Notes under the pieces: model-generated | Told to the model about the DNA's origin: nothing | Seen by the model: the letters and a program-made list of their open reading frames with translations, nothing else | The model's database searches: none | Program-made: the position numbers and the translations under genes | Shown: positions 12,736-24,818 of the stretch, piece by piece | Layout: every line of letters begins with the position of its first letter | Numbering within the stretch: position 1 is the first letter of the stretch | Assembly (NCBI RefSeq): GCF_035594765.1 | Contig: NC_085841.1 | Span: 71,223,574-71,287,573 of the forward strand | DNA from: Anolis carolinensis | Taxonomy: Eukaryota | Direction: 5' to 3' | DNA length: 64,000 nucleotides

Positions 12736-13707
12736 ATGATTGAGACAAACTCCTTGCCTACTCAGACTCTCAATGTAACAAAGATGAATGAGACCCAAAA
12801 GTGGAATGAAACTAATAGAGATGCTGATTTCTTTAAAATATTGGTCTATACTATTGCCCCTATCACCATTTTGGGCTTAATCGGCAATGGAACTATTTTC
12901 TGGTTTCTCTGTTGTAGAATCAAAAGAACTAAATATACTGTGTATGTCCTGAATCTTGCAATTGCTGATTTCACGGTACTCTTTTCATTTAATGTATTTT
13001 TTGTCTTCAGCTTTATCATGCAGGACAAATTTGCTTTTAATGACATTTTCTATCTTGTATTAGATATTTTGGGTATCTTTGGCTACAATACCAGTTTCTT
13101 CATTTTGACCGCCATTAGTGTCGAGAGATGCCTTGGTGCTTTTTATCCAATCTGCTACCACTTTAATCGCCCCAAACGCCTCTCAACCATATTATGTGCT
13201 CTTCTATGGGTTCTCTCCTGTGTGGTGACTGGAATGGAATATTTCACCTGCTGGTCATACACAGACATATTTGATGATCCAGCTTACAGAATGTATCTTA
13301 CTACAAGCATATTCCTTACCATAGTTTTCTTGTTATTTAGTCCAACTATGGTCCTTTGCAGTGTCAGCATGTTTATTAAGATACGAAGAAATTCACGGCC
13401 ATCATCTCAAACCCGACTTTATCTCATCATTGTTATCACCGTCATTCTGTTCCTCTTCTTTGCTTTGCCCTTTAGGTTAATGTGTCTGTTTATCTATTGG
13501 TATCCAACAGCAGAGATTGAATGGTTTGTCTTTCATTGTTCTGTGTTCCTCCACTTAATCAACAGCAGTGTTGATCCTTTTGTTTACTTTCTTGTTGGGA
13601 GGCGGAGGCCCCGCGAGACACTCTATAAAGTGCTTTATAGATCCTGCAAGGATCAGGAGGAGGAGCCAGTTCCAAAAAACCTAAGCAATGAGCAGGAAGA
13701 AAGCTGA
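12736..13707 (+). CDS. Mas-related GPCR, copy 1 (most canonical MAS/MRGPR-like), about 323 aa
   Basis: 7 hydrophobic segments; GLIGN, YVLNLAIADF, LTAISVERCL..YP..Y..RPKRLS, RLY, FALP, INSSVDPFVYF. Acceptor TTTTACAG at 12698, first ATG after it at 12736; N-terminal sequons NVT, NET, NET. Confidence 0.95.
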   Translation: MIETNSLPTQTLNVTKMNETQKWNETNRDADFFKILVYTIAPITILGLIGNGTIFWFLCCRIKRTKYTVYVLNLAIADFTVLFSFNVFFVFSFIMQDKFAFNDIFYLVLDILGIFGYNTSFFILTAISVERCLGAFYPICYHFNRPKRLSTILCALLWVLSCVVTGMEYFTCWSYTDIFDDPAYRMYLTTSIFLTIVFLLFSPTMVLCSVSMFIKIRRNSRPSSQTRLYLIIVITVILFLFFALPFRLMCLFIYWYPTAEIEWFVFHCSVFLHLINSSVDPFVYFLVGRRRPRETLYKVLYRSCKDQEEEPVPKNLSNEQEES

Positions 13708-14240
13708 AATCTATCATTTCAATTTAAAAAATCCATATATCTATCTCATGGATAGATATTTAGTGTGGTGTTCTTGTTTGCTTTGTACATCTGTTCTCCA
13801 GCTTGCTATGCTAAGAACCTGATGTTCTCTTCCTAGTTTTCTTCAGTTATCATGACACATTGTTCTTAGATTTTAAAGACAGATTCACCATTATGAAAAC
13901 AAAATATTAAATGCTGCAGTGGACAGTTCTGTACAATAAATATAGTATTGATACTTCATCTTGTACCTGTACAGTGTTTTCCGCAATTAGAACAAGGAAC
14001 CTTGTACACCTTCTAAACCAACACGGCTCTAAATTGGTTCATCTCCCTAGTCAGTGAAGGATGCTCAAATACAGCATAGCATCTCTTTATCTATTTCTGC
14101 AAGAAAAAGTAAAAGTAACTGAAACATTAGGACAGGCTTGAGATAAGAAAATTTCCAAAAGGGTTTTTAGCAATGGTTCTTCTTATCTTTTGTTCAGTGT
14201 GCTATTCTTACAGTTCCTAATGTATAGTTTTTAGCTATCT

Positions 14241-14390
14241 CAGACATGGGCAAACTTGGGCCCTCCAGGTGTTTTGGACTTCAACTCCCGCTTAAGTGGC
14301 TGAGCGGGAAAAGAAAGGGGCCTAAGGCTGTTAGGAATGGTGGGAGTTGAAATCCAAAACACCTGGAGGGCCCAAGTTTGCCCATGCCTG
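14241..14390. mobile_element. hAT MITE (CAGGCATGGGCAAACT family)
   Basis: Long TIRs; related copies at about 45655-45788 and 53914-54123. Confidence 0.85.
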
Positions 14391-14899
14391 AGATAGCTAG
14401 ATATGTTATATATTGTCTTCATATACTTCCTTCTGTGACATTCTAATAACTCATATTAAGATAATGAGGCTGGAGAGTGTGTTGGGAGATTTTGTATTTA
14501 TTTTGTATTCAATTAACCATGCTGTATATTTCACCCTTGTTTAATATATGATAATATTCCACGTATTAATTTGCCATTGCCTCTGTGCTTATCATATTAC
14601 AATTTTAGGTGTTACAGTTTAAACATAATCCTATGATTTCAATATATTCTTCACTGTTTTTATGATTTGCTGTGACTTTTCACCATTTTGTGTTATATTT
14701 CAATAAATGCTATGTAGCTTTTAATTCTGGTTTAGTTGGTTCATAAACGCACTGAAGCAAAACAAATTCATGGGGATCTTTCATTCAACACTATTGTCTA
14801 CCAAATAGGTCTATTTACATCCATCTATTACTGATTCCAGGCACCCATTCATGTAGGGGGCAATCATCCCTAATACGGAAGAGGGAAAATACAGTCTTT

Positions 14900-15032
14900 G
14901 TGTTGTCGAAAGCTTTCATGACTGGGATCACAGAATTGTTGTGTGTTTTCAGGGCAATATGGCCATGTTTCAGAAGTATTCTCTCCTGATGTTTCACCCA
15001 CATCTATGGCAGGCATTCTCAGAGGTTGTGAG
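14900..15032 (-). mobile_element. Penelope-like terminal fragment
   Basis: Homology to the other Penelope fragments; hammerhead core mutated to CTGAGAA. Confidence 0.7.
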
Positions 15033-15404
15033 GCAAACACAGGTGACACAGGATAACCTTATAATTAGTTTAATGGAAGATCACTGGAAGCACAGGCACT
15101 CTAGAACAGAGCAGAAGAAGAAAATGTGGACAAGAAAGAACTGCGTTCTTAGTATAATGTCAGACTAGAATTTCAGTAATAGTGACTCCATCCCATTCAG
15201 GAATTCCAAGAAGAAACTGGAGTTGATGACATTAAAAGCTGCTTAGATAATCAGAACAATCAACAAGAGCACATCTTCCCTTCCTTTTTCCAATACAGGT
15301 CACCAATAAGGCCGATCAAGTCAGCACCCTTTCAAAAATACAGAAGCAAGATAAATTAAAAAGGATTCAGATCAGAGTAATGATAGTGCTTCACTGCACT
15401 ACAA

Positions 15405-15475
15405 ATAATAGTTTATGTGACGTCATTAAAGTCTCATGTTCTGTTTGTTACATAGGACAGTCATCATATTGAGAT
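15405..15475 (+). promoter_or_regulatory. Conserved upstream module of GPCR copy 2 (putative promoter / first exon)
   Basis: TGACGTCA at 15418 and GTTACATAGGAC at 15447; homologous blocks lie upstream of copies 3, 4 and 5. Confidence 0.6.
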
Positions 15476-16135
15476 AGGTCATACCATTGCATCATCAGAC
15501 CTCTTTATGAAGCACAAATGCTTTATCAAAGAAGATTGACAAGAAAACTGGAGAGTGATCATGGTATATTCAGAAGTTTTTTTATCAATTTATTTTTAAA
15601 ATTGATATTCTTATTAATTACATAATTTATCATTTGTTAGAGTTTTGTTTATGGACAGAGTGTTGAACAATCACTCCCATTGGGAGCTAAGTAAAAAATA
15701 GGCCATCATATTTCTATCCATCTGCCACCTGTTTCTGAAGTCTTCTCCCCAAATGTGACTGTGAAGTGTTAGTCTTCCATTTTCCTTCATGTTTCAGGTC
15801 TGCTGGCAAAAGGAGACTAATACCTAAGGAAGTAAATCCCAAGTTTGGCCACAGATTTCTCAAATCAGTTATCCAGATTCTCTTAAAAGTTAAAGTTTCT
15901 TAAGTCAAGAGCAACAGATATTAGGCCCATGTTCCCAACATACAAAATGGTAGATGACTAGTAGAAGATTGTGATAGTAAAAGAGGCCAAGATCCTAGCA
16001 CTCAGGAGGAATGCTGCCTACTGAAAAGGTTTGCCAGTAATAAAACCAGTGATCAAATAGAAAGGCGCAATAGGCTTTAAAGGGGTGTGTGAATAATCTT
16101 TTGGTGTTTACAGGAAAAGAATGGTCCATCTAAAT

Positions 16136-16525
16136 CAGGGGTCCCCAAACTAAGGCCCGGGGGCCGGATGCGGCCCTCCAAGGTCATTTACCTGGCCCCC
16201 ACTCTCAGTTTTAGACTTAGGCTTGCCCAAAGTCTGAAATGACTTGAAGGCATACAACAGTCCTAATTAACTTGACTATCTCATTGGCCAGAAGCAGGCC
16301 CACACTTCCCATTGAAATACTGATAGATTTATGTTGGTTAAAATTGTTTTTATTTTTAAATATTGTATTGTTCTTTTATTGTTGCTGTTTTTTTGCACTA
16401 CAAATAAGACATGTGCAGTGTGCATAGGAATTTATTTGTATTTTTTTTTCAAATGATAATTCGGCCCCTCAAAAGTCTGAGGGACCATGAACCGGCCCTC
16501 CACTTAAAAAGTTTGAGGACCCCTG
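16136..16525. mobile_element. OposCharlie/OC1-like hAT MITE
   Basis: TIR CAGGGGTCC(C/T)CAAACT; perfect TSD ATCTAAAT. Confidence 0.85.
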
Positions 16526-16533
16526 ATCTAAAT

Positions 16534-17152
16534 CATTGTTTCTCAACCTGGGGGTTGGGACCCCTGGGGGAGTCATGAGGGGGGTTCAGAGGGGTTGCCA
16601 AAGATGGGGGTTCTGCGTGGGAAGTTTGGCCCAATTTGATTGTTGGTGGGGTTCAAGGGGCTCTTTGATTGTATTGTGAACTATAAATCCCAGCAACTAC
16701 AACTCCCAAATGTCAAGGTCTATTTTCACCAAACTCCACCAGTGTTCAAATTTGGGCATATTGAGCATGTGGCCAACTCGATGTGGCCCACCAAACCCTT
16801 CCAGTATTTCCTGTTGATCATGGGAGTTCTATGTGCCACGTTTGGTTCAATTCCATTGTTGGTGGAGTTCCGAATGCTCTTTGATTGTAGGTGAACTATA
16901 AATCCCAGCAACTACAACTCCCAAATGACAAAATCATCCCCCCTCCCCCCAACCCTACTAGTATTCAAATTTGGGTGTATCGGGTATTTGTGCCAAATTT
17001 GGTCCAGTGAATAAAAATACATCCTGCATATCAGATATTAACATTACAATTCATAACAGTACCAAGATGACAGTTATGAAGTAGTTGGGGGCCACTACAA
17101 CATGAGGAACTGTATTAAGGGGTCGCGGCATTTGGAAGGTTGAGAACCACTG
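16534..17152. mobile_element. SPIN-like hAT non-autonomous element
   Basis: TIR CAGTGGTTCTCAACCT; URR1/SPIN-type end; inverted relative to the copy at 62162; TSD ATCTAAAT/ATCGAAAG. Confidence 0.85.
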
Positions 17153-17251
17153 ATCGAAAGCATCCAAGAGATAGGAGTTACAGCTAGTAATGAAACTGTG
17201 TTTGATATTGGCAGGTTCAGAAGAATTACTGAACAGCTTGATAGCCTCAAG

Positions 17252-18208
17252 ATGGCAGAGGCATACTCCTTATCATTCCACACTGTTGCGGGTGCCCAAA
17301 ACACTGGGACTCAAATGGAGACTGGCTACCAGTTGCAAAAAACGATTATGATTGTATCAATTCCAATCTGCACATTAGGATTACTTGGTAATGCAGTTGT
17401 CGTCTGGCTTCTGTGGTGCTTCATCCCGAAAACTAATTTCACTGTGTATTTCCTCAATAAGGCAGTTGCTGATCTTGCTGTACTCATCTACTACATAACA
17501 GTTTTCATTTTATTTGTGAAGGAAGTTCCCATGAACCTGTTCAGTTTACATATCATGGAGCTGGCACATGGCTTTGGGTTCAATGCAAGCACTTATATCC
17601 TAACAGCTATCAGTGCTGAGAGGTTCCTCATGGCCTTTTCACCAACATGGTATAAGCTGAATCGGCCCACCCATCTCTCCGAAATCATGTGTGCCCTTTT
17701 ATGGAGCTTGTCCTGCCTGGTGACTGTGACGTTATATTTTGCCTGCTATCTGCAACTTGATCCATTACTCACTGAAGTTAATTCGATTTGTGAGCCTACA
17801 AAAATGGCCCGAGCAATTGTCAACCTCCTGGTGTTTCTCCCTATCATGGTCCTGTCCACATTGCTCCTTTTGGTCAGAATGTTGAATACACCGCAGGGAA
17901 GCGCTCCAGAAAAAATTGACATCACCATTGTGGCCACCGTTTTGCTATTTCTTCTCTTTGCTGCCTCAGTTAGGATCATTGATATTATAGTCCACTGGGT
18001 CCCCCAAATACACATATCTGTGGTCTTCCTAATATTTCATTTTCTCGATGCTATTGACAGCAGTGGGAACCCTTTTATATATTTCTGTGTTGGCTATACA
18101 AAGAATCAGGTTGACAGTGGCAGCCCCACCCAAACATTTCTTCAGAGGGCTTTCTTGGACGATGAAAACAGGTCAAGAAATGCAAGCTATGCCCCAAGAA
18201 GAAGATGA
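17252..18208 (+). CDS. Mas-related GPCR, copy 2, about 318 aa
   Basis: GLLGN, YFLNKAVADL, LTAISAERFL..P.WY..RPTHLS, SSGNPFIYF; acceptor TTGGCAG at 17214; AATAAA near 18276. Confidence 0.93.
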   Translation: MAEAYSLSFHTVAGAQNTGTQMETGYQLQKTIMIVSIPICTLGLLGNAVVVWLLWCFIPKTNFTVYFLNKAVADLAVLIYYITVFILFVKEVPMNLFSLHIMELAHGFGFNASTYILTAISAERFLMAFSPTWYKLNRPTHLSEIMCALLWSLSCLVTVTLYFACYLQLDPLLTEVNSICEPTKMARAIVNLLVFLPIMVLSTLLLLVRMLNTPQGSAPEKIDITIVATVLLFLLFAASVRIIDIIVHWVPQIHISVVFLIFHFLDAIDSSGNPFIYFCVGYTKNQVDSGSPTQTFLQRAFLDDENRSRNASYAPRRR

Positions 18209-18342
18209 AAGAGGATTTATACACAGATGGAAAAAGTACATACATGTGACTGTTAGTTGGCATTCCTGTCTTTTAAATAAACACATTGTAGATACTTTGT
18301 TGCTGTTCATTACTTCTAATTTATCTATCTAAACCACTATAC

Positions 18343-18472
18343 CAGGGGTCCCCAAACTAAGGCCCGGGGGCCGGATGCGGCCCATCGAAGCCATTTATCC
18401 GGCCCCTACAGCACAAGGGCAGAAGGGGGTTGGGCTAAATGGCCCAAGGGGTCTCTTCTTCTCTTACAACAC

Positions 18473-18503
<31 letters not shown>

Positions 18504-18625
18504 CATTATTATTAACATTGAGGCTGGGAGGCCATCTGTCAGGGTTGTTTTGCTTGTGCTTTGGATGCACAAAGGCAGAAGGGGGCTGGACTCAGTGGCC
18601 CAAGGGCTCTCTTCCAACCCTCTTT

Positions 18626-18667
<42 letters not shown>

Positions 18668-18840
18668 ATCAAGGCTGTATTTGTTCCCGTTTTGTTTGTT
18701 TTTTTACTTCAAAATGAGGCATGTGCAGAGTGCATAGGAATTTGTTCATAGTTTTTTAAAAAAAAAAACTCTAGCCCGGCCCTCCAACTGTCTGAGGGAC
18801 CGTGGACTGGCCCCCTGTTTAAAAAGTTTGGGGACCCCTG
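18343..18840. mobile_element. OC1-like hAT MITE with internal (TTA)n and (TTG)n
   Basis: TIR CAGGGGTCCCCAAACT; perfect TSD CACTATAC. Confidence 0.9.
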
Positions 18841-20249
18841 CACTATACCATCGTTTAGGTAGAGTTGTCTATCCAGACAAAGCAAATGTTGTTGGAGGTT
18901 GCAATATTCATAGCTGTCGTTCTTGGATTGTTAAAATATAATCAGACAATATTTTGGATGTCCTGGAATATTCAGTGGCAATTCCTGGCACCAGCAGCAA
19001 CATTTTATTTCTACCCAGAAGGTGTTGGGAGTTTTTTACACACACAGGACCATCGACGGGCGGGTGGCGGGCGAAGCAAGGGAGAGCAGGAGGGCGGCCG
19101 TGCGGACAGGTGGCTGGGCCTTCCGCCGCCGCTGCCTTGACAGCGCCCACACATGGTCTGCGCCACAAGCGACAGCTTAATTGGCCTTAATGTTGGACCG
19201 CCTCTGCTTCCTTTTTACTATGGATGGAAGGGTCAAAGAGGGAGCAATTGTTAGCAGAGAAGTGTCATTGCATTTATATATTTGGGTTTAAGATTACTGG
19301 TCCTTTAAAAAGAAGGCATGCCCATACTGGATCTGACAACATACAGAGACAATAGGTCTGGAAGGTATCAAATGTACTGAACAGATCTGAATGAAGACTG
19401 GCCATGTTTCCTACAATTATGGCTTCCTTCAGTCCCAACCCCCCCCCCCCAACCCCACCCCCAGCCATCAGCTTTTATAAGGATTTTTAAAAGTTATTAT
19501 TGTTTTTTTAATTGCTATTATTTATATCCCTCTTTTTCTCTCTAAAAAGAGACCTAAAGTGATGCTGTGAAAGAGCTTAGAGAGGGGAGGTGGGCAAAGA
19601 AAACAACTGACAGCCTCCAAAAGTAGTTAAAGGGGCTTTATGCTCACTTTGGGGGCAAGGAGGGAAGGGTGGCATGGCCATCCCACCTCCCTGGCCTGCC
19701 TAAGCCCCAGGAGCATAAGATGGTTGTGGGGACACCAATCTGGGATCACAGGTAGTGTGTCTGCTTGCACAGCCTAACATGAGGTAAATTGCATTAAAAA
19801 GGTGTACCATGTGTTATTTCACATTAGCCTGGGTTTGGACACCCCATGCTAATGTGATACCTACACTGCATTTTCTTACGGTGCAGATGGGCCTGGAATC
19901 TCAACAGCTTTGTGATAAGGAAGAACAAGAAAACAATGCTAATCATCATCAAGGAAAGTTCCAATTTGGGGGGGGGGGGGAGAGAGAAGTAGGGCAGCAG
20001 CAGCACCATGTGGAATCTCCATGGCGGGTCAGGAATCATCACTCCTCTCAGCACTCCCATTTTATGCAGACATTCCAGAAGGATACTATGGCTGTTGCTG
20101 AACAGGAAATGCTCAGAGAACCAAGAATCTTAACACTATCACACATAGAGATGATCTGTCTACTAGGCAGATCATGCCTGGTCCCACCCAGGGAGCCAGA
20201 GAGAAAACAGATCAATATTACTTTAAACTCATGCTGTGCATTCCCAAAC

Positions 20250-20330
20250 TGCCAATAACAGTGGCTGGGTGGTCAGAAGATTCTCATATTCCATTTGTTA
20301 CCTAGGAACACACGATCATTGTGAAGTCAA
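20250..20330 (+). promoter_or_regulatory. Conserved upstream module of GPCR copy 3
   Basis: GGTCA ending at 20275 and GTTACCTAGGAAC at 20297, same spacing as for copies 2 and 4. Confidence 0.6.
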
Positions 20331-21457
20331 GTGGTTCATACCTTTCTGATATGAAGGACAGCAGAATGACCAGATCCACTTGAAATGCAACTGAAGAGGA
20401 ATCATGACGGTTGTATTTAATCTTATACTGGATCTTAGTTTTATTCGCTTAAAGCTCATATTTAAGATTATATAATTTTGTTAACAAAAAACAAAGAAAA
20501 CACTTAAAGTAACCAGATACCATATGACTACATGTCTAATGAAGAAACAGGTTGGCACTTGCCAGAGTGATAACACAGTAGGCCCTTGGTGTCTACCAGG
20601 GCTGACCCCAGGGCCCCATGGATAGCAAATTCTGTGGATGTTCAAGGTCCATTTATACTATGGTATAGTGAAATGATATCGCTTATATAAAATGGCAAAA
20701 TCAAAATTTGCTTTGTCTACTTTGTTTGGAATATTTTAAGCCATGAAGGATTAAATCTGTGGACATAGAATCTGTAGAAAATAGTGGGAAGGAGACTTTT
20801 TCCCTTCCAAAGAAACATTTTCTCCAACTACTGAGTAGACCATTGCCTCTTCTGATGATTGGTGGCTGTGCAATTGAACGGCAGTGGAAGGAATAGAGAG
20901 AAATTACAGAAGATACGAACAGACCAGAACTCTGAATTAACTAGAGTCAAGTCTAGTGATTTATTTATTATTTATTTATTTACATCATTTCTATCCCGTC
21001 TTTCTCACCCGTAGGGACTCAAGGCGGCTTACTAGTCTGGCAAAAATTCAATGCCAATACAAACAACAATACAATAAAACATAAAACAGTTGAGTTGACT
21101 TGAGTGTTAGTTAGACTATGACTGTGAAAAATGATTCCCGAGTTCACAATCTTTTGTGGAGCCATGCGTCATTTTAATCCTCTTTTGAAAGAGGAAATGA
21201 ATAGAAGATAACAGCCTGTTTTAAAAGGTGGGGCTTCTCTTGGGTTTTTAAATGGCTTAAAATAACTCAAAGGGGGATAACTTTGGAAAGTTGTGCCCTT
21301 GCCTTCTACAAAGTATTTGTGGTCATTTTGCGGATATTTTTTTAAAGGAGAGCATACATGGATATAAGTGTGTAACCCTCAGTCTCCCAAGGGACCAATA
21401 TGGCACCCTCGCCTTCCCATTCCTGTTCTAAAACCCTAAAACACATATGTTCTAGAG

Positions 21458-21588
21458 CAGTGGTTCTCAAACTGTGGGTCCCCAGATGTTTTGGTCAACT
21501 CCCAGAAATCCTATCAGCTGGTAAACTGACTGGGATTTCTGGGAGTTGTAGGCCAAAACACCTGGGACCCGCAAGTTAAGAACCACTG
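21458..21588. mobile_element. hAT MITE
   Basis: TIR CAGTGGTTCT; TSD TTCTAGAG/ATCTAGAG. Confidence 0.85.
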
Positions 21589-21779
21589 ATCTAGAGAGAC
21601 AATTAATTCCAAGTCATTTTTTCCTAAGCAGCAGCTATGAGAGTGGGATGTTACAGCACAAATGTCTTTGCCTGACAGGTGGTCTTGGATTTTCTGTCTC
21701 TATTCCACAATACGATGTTATAATAGTAACACATTATGTTTGATTTTTGGCAGATTGAGAAGAACAATTGGACATTGTC

Positions 21780-22799
21780 ATGATGACAGACTCACCTGCT
21801 TTGTTTTCTGAGACTGCTGCTCTGATTAAAAAAAATTTCACACAACTCGAAACTTGGCCAAAGAAAGGCTATTTCCTGGGATCAAAGAAAAGCTATTTCC
21901 TAGAAACAATTGTCTTTGTATCTATCCCAATCTGCATTTGGGGATTCCTTGGGAATGGAATTACCCTCTGGATTCTCTGCACCAAGACAAAGAAAACTAG
22001 GTTCACAATTTATGTCATCAATTTGGTCATTGCGGATCTTATTGTGATCATCTACTACCTTACTGTTTTCATTTTATTTTTGGTATCAACTAATGTGGAT
22101 TTGTATTTTTCACGTGTAATGGAGAATTTTTATTTAATAAGCTACAATGCTAGTATCTATTTTTTTACTGCTATGAGTACTGAAAGGTTCCTCATGGTCT
22201 TTATGCCAGTCTGTTACTATCATCATCGACCAAAGCATATGTCAGTAATTGTGTCCGTCATTTTGTGGGCCTTGTCCTGCATAGTGTCACTTGTGGTATA
22301 TATTTCATGCCTCCCGAGATTCCTTGTATCTCATCATCAAAGTGGCCCCTCTTGTGATGGTGCAATTATTTTTAAAATTTTTGTCAATATCTTGATTTTC
22401 TTTCCCATCATGATATTTTGTACTCTGTCGCTTTTTATACGAATGCAGAGAAAAGCAAAGTTGAGAGATTCTGAGAAACTTGATGTCACCATCACAGCCA
22501 TCACCATTCTGTACCTTTCATTTGTTGTTTCAGTTAGAATTGTTGATGCCATAGCCCACTGGGAGCCAAGACTTGATGCACCAGTCCCATTTCTATTTAC
22601 TTTGTTATTCGATTCCATCAAGAGCACTGTCACCCCTCTTGTGTATGTCTGTGTTGGATGCTGTCATCAGTTTACGACTGTAGCACCTATTCATCAGTTC
22701 CTTGCGAGAGCTCTGGAATATAAAATAAAAGGGAGCAAAGATCAGGCAGCTAGCAAAAAACCTAGTTCCAGAGTAACTTGGGCCCCAGAAGTAAGATGA
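21780..22799 (+). CDS. Mas-related GPCR, copy 3, about 339 aa
   Basis: GFLGN, YVINLVIADL, TAMSTERFL..P..Y..RPKHMS, TPLVY; acceptor at 21753; AATAAA near 22846. Confidence 0.93.
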   Translation: MMTDSPALFSETAALIKKNFTQLETWPKKGYFLGSKKSYFLETIVFVSIPICIWGFLGNGITLWILCTKTKKTRFTIYVINLVIADLIVIIYYLTVFILFLVSTNVDLYFSRVMENFYLISYNASIYFFTAMSTERFLMVFMPVCYYHHRPKHMSVIVSVILWALSCIVSLVVYISCLPRFLVSHHQSGPSCDGAIIFKIFVNILIFFPIMIFCTLSLFIRMQRKAKLRDSEKLDVTITAITILYLSFVVSVRIVDAIAHWEPRLDAPVPFLFTLLFDSIKSTVTPLVYVCVGCCHQFTTVAPIHQFLARALEYKIKGSKDQAASKKPSSRVTWAPEVR

Positions 22800-24209
22800 A
22801 AAACACTCTGAACTACAAATACTGGCTAGCATTTTCCATTTCCAGAATAAAAAGTATTGCAGTTCATGTTATTAATCATTATTTCTAGGCTGCTTCATTC
22901 ACCTAAGCTCCTACATAAGATCAATTATAAATCCTTTTCAGGGCAATCATTATAGTAGAATGAGGTACTACTTTACAAATCTTGCAAATTTACTTTTAAG
23001 AAGAATAAATATAATAATATGCCAAAATTATATATAACTGAGCAAGGATAAGACCACAATTTTTTGGGAATGACAATGAAGTGACTTCCACAGCCAGTGC
23101 GTTCATTGCTGCTAAATTCTAAGAGATGTAATCTAAAAAGTAACGTTTCCAGATTTTGGGTAGGATGATGCTCTAGGTGCCAAAGTATTATTCTGCCACT
23201 GATCAGTTATGAATAGTTTATTACAAGTTTGTAGTCATTCTTTCTAAAATTAACTGCATAAACTCTATAGTTTTGTAAGATTAAATACAGATGAAAGGTG
23301 TGAGCATACTCAAAGGATAAAGGACAACTAGAAAGCAACCACAATAAGAATGACTACTTTGACATTGCTCATATTGCTTTGCTAACAATAAAAACGGACT
23401 TCAATCTGGCTATCTTTAAGTGTCTGCCTCCGTTGCAGATTTTATTTATTTTCTAAAATCTAATCAGGGACTAGCTCTCTCAGTAGATGGGCATAACTGT
23501 TATCCCTAGACTGTTTGTAATGTTGCAAGGCCTGAGAGAGAGAATGACAGAGGAAAGAAAGGAACAGAGAAGAAAAACCAGTTGCCTTGTGTCTCTGGCT
23601 GGATCTGCACTGCCATATAGTGCAGTTTCAGAATACAGATTAACTGCATTGAACTGGATTTTATGACAGTTTATATTTATATAATCAAGTTCAATACAAT
23701 TTAATCTGCATTACGTGAGTCTACACTGAACATAGTTAAAACTGCATTATATGGCAGTTTAGATGGGGCCTCTGATATCTTATCTGGATAGGTTTGGGTT
23801 TCTTTCAAAAGACCAGGCCTGCAGCTTGATGGTGCTCTTGGACCTAGCAATGGTTCTTGAAGGTTAGACGACTGGTGTGGCCAGGAGTGTTTTCATGGGA
23901 TTTCAGCTGCTGTTTTAAATGTACTACTTCCAAAGAAGATAGATTTGGCCATAGTGATCCACGCATTAATTGCCTTCCATCTTTCAAAAGAAGCATTCAC
24001 CTTCAGATGCATCCGACAGCCCTTTCGCACAACACAATGGCAGCAACATGATTTCATTTTAATGGCCATGGCTGTTTCGTTTGGAATCCTGTGATTGCTA
24101 GTTTCATGAAATTTTAGAATCCTCTTCCAGAAAGCCCCTATGCATCACTAAACTACAAATCCCTAGATCCACTGGATGAAGCCATGACAGTTGAAGTAGC
24201 ATCAAAGTG

Positions 24210-24355
24210 TTGTCGAAAGCTTTCATGGTCAGAATCACTGAGTTGCTGTGAGTTTTCCGGGCTGTATGGCTATGCTCCAGAGGCATTCTCTCCTGAATGT
24301 CAGGAGAGAATGCTTCTGAAACATGGCTATACAGTCCAGAAAACTCACAGGAACC
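24210..24355. mobile_element. Fold-back Penelope terminal fragment
   Basis: Inverted arms around about 24298; 13-bp flanking duplication TAGC(A/G)TCAAAGTG. Confidence 0.8.
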
Positions 24356-24787
24356 TAGCGTCAAAGTGCATTAATTGAATACTGTGAGAACTATACTGTG
24401 GACTAGGATTTTCATGGGATTTCCTGGGTCACACTGGCCCCTTCTACATTGCCATATAATCCAAATTATCAAAGCAGATAACCCACATCTGCTTTGAACT
24501 GGATTATATGGGTCAACACTGCCATATAATCCAGTTCAAGCGGATAATCTGGATCATTTTTTGTATTAATGGGGGTGGGAGGAATTCGTTGCTACATAAA
24601 GAATGCATAAAACGTGACAAGAAGCACCACAGATCATGTATTACATAGAGAAATGCATCAGTACAGAATTTATTTATATTAAATTGGCCTGGAGATGGGA
24701 GACATGGCAAGCAGACTCTCACGCCTTAGAAGACATTAGGGCATGAAAGAAAAGCGATATGCCTGTTCCAGAAGTTGACAAGGTTGC

Positions 24788-24818
<31 letters not shown>

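Noticed and set aside
18435-18751. Poly-Ile/Cys/Val ORFs
   Set aside because: Translations of (TTA)n and (TTG)n inside a MITE.
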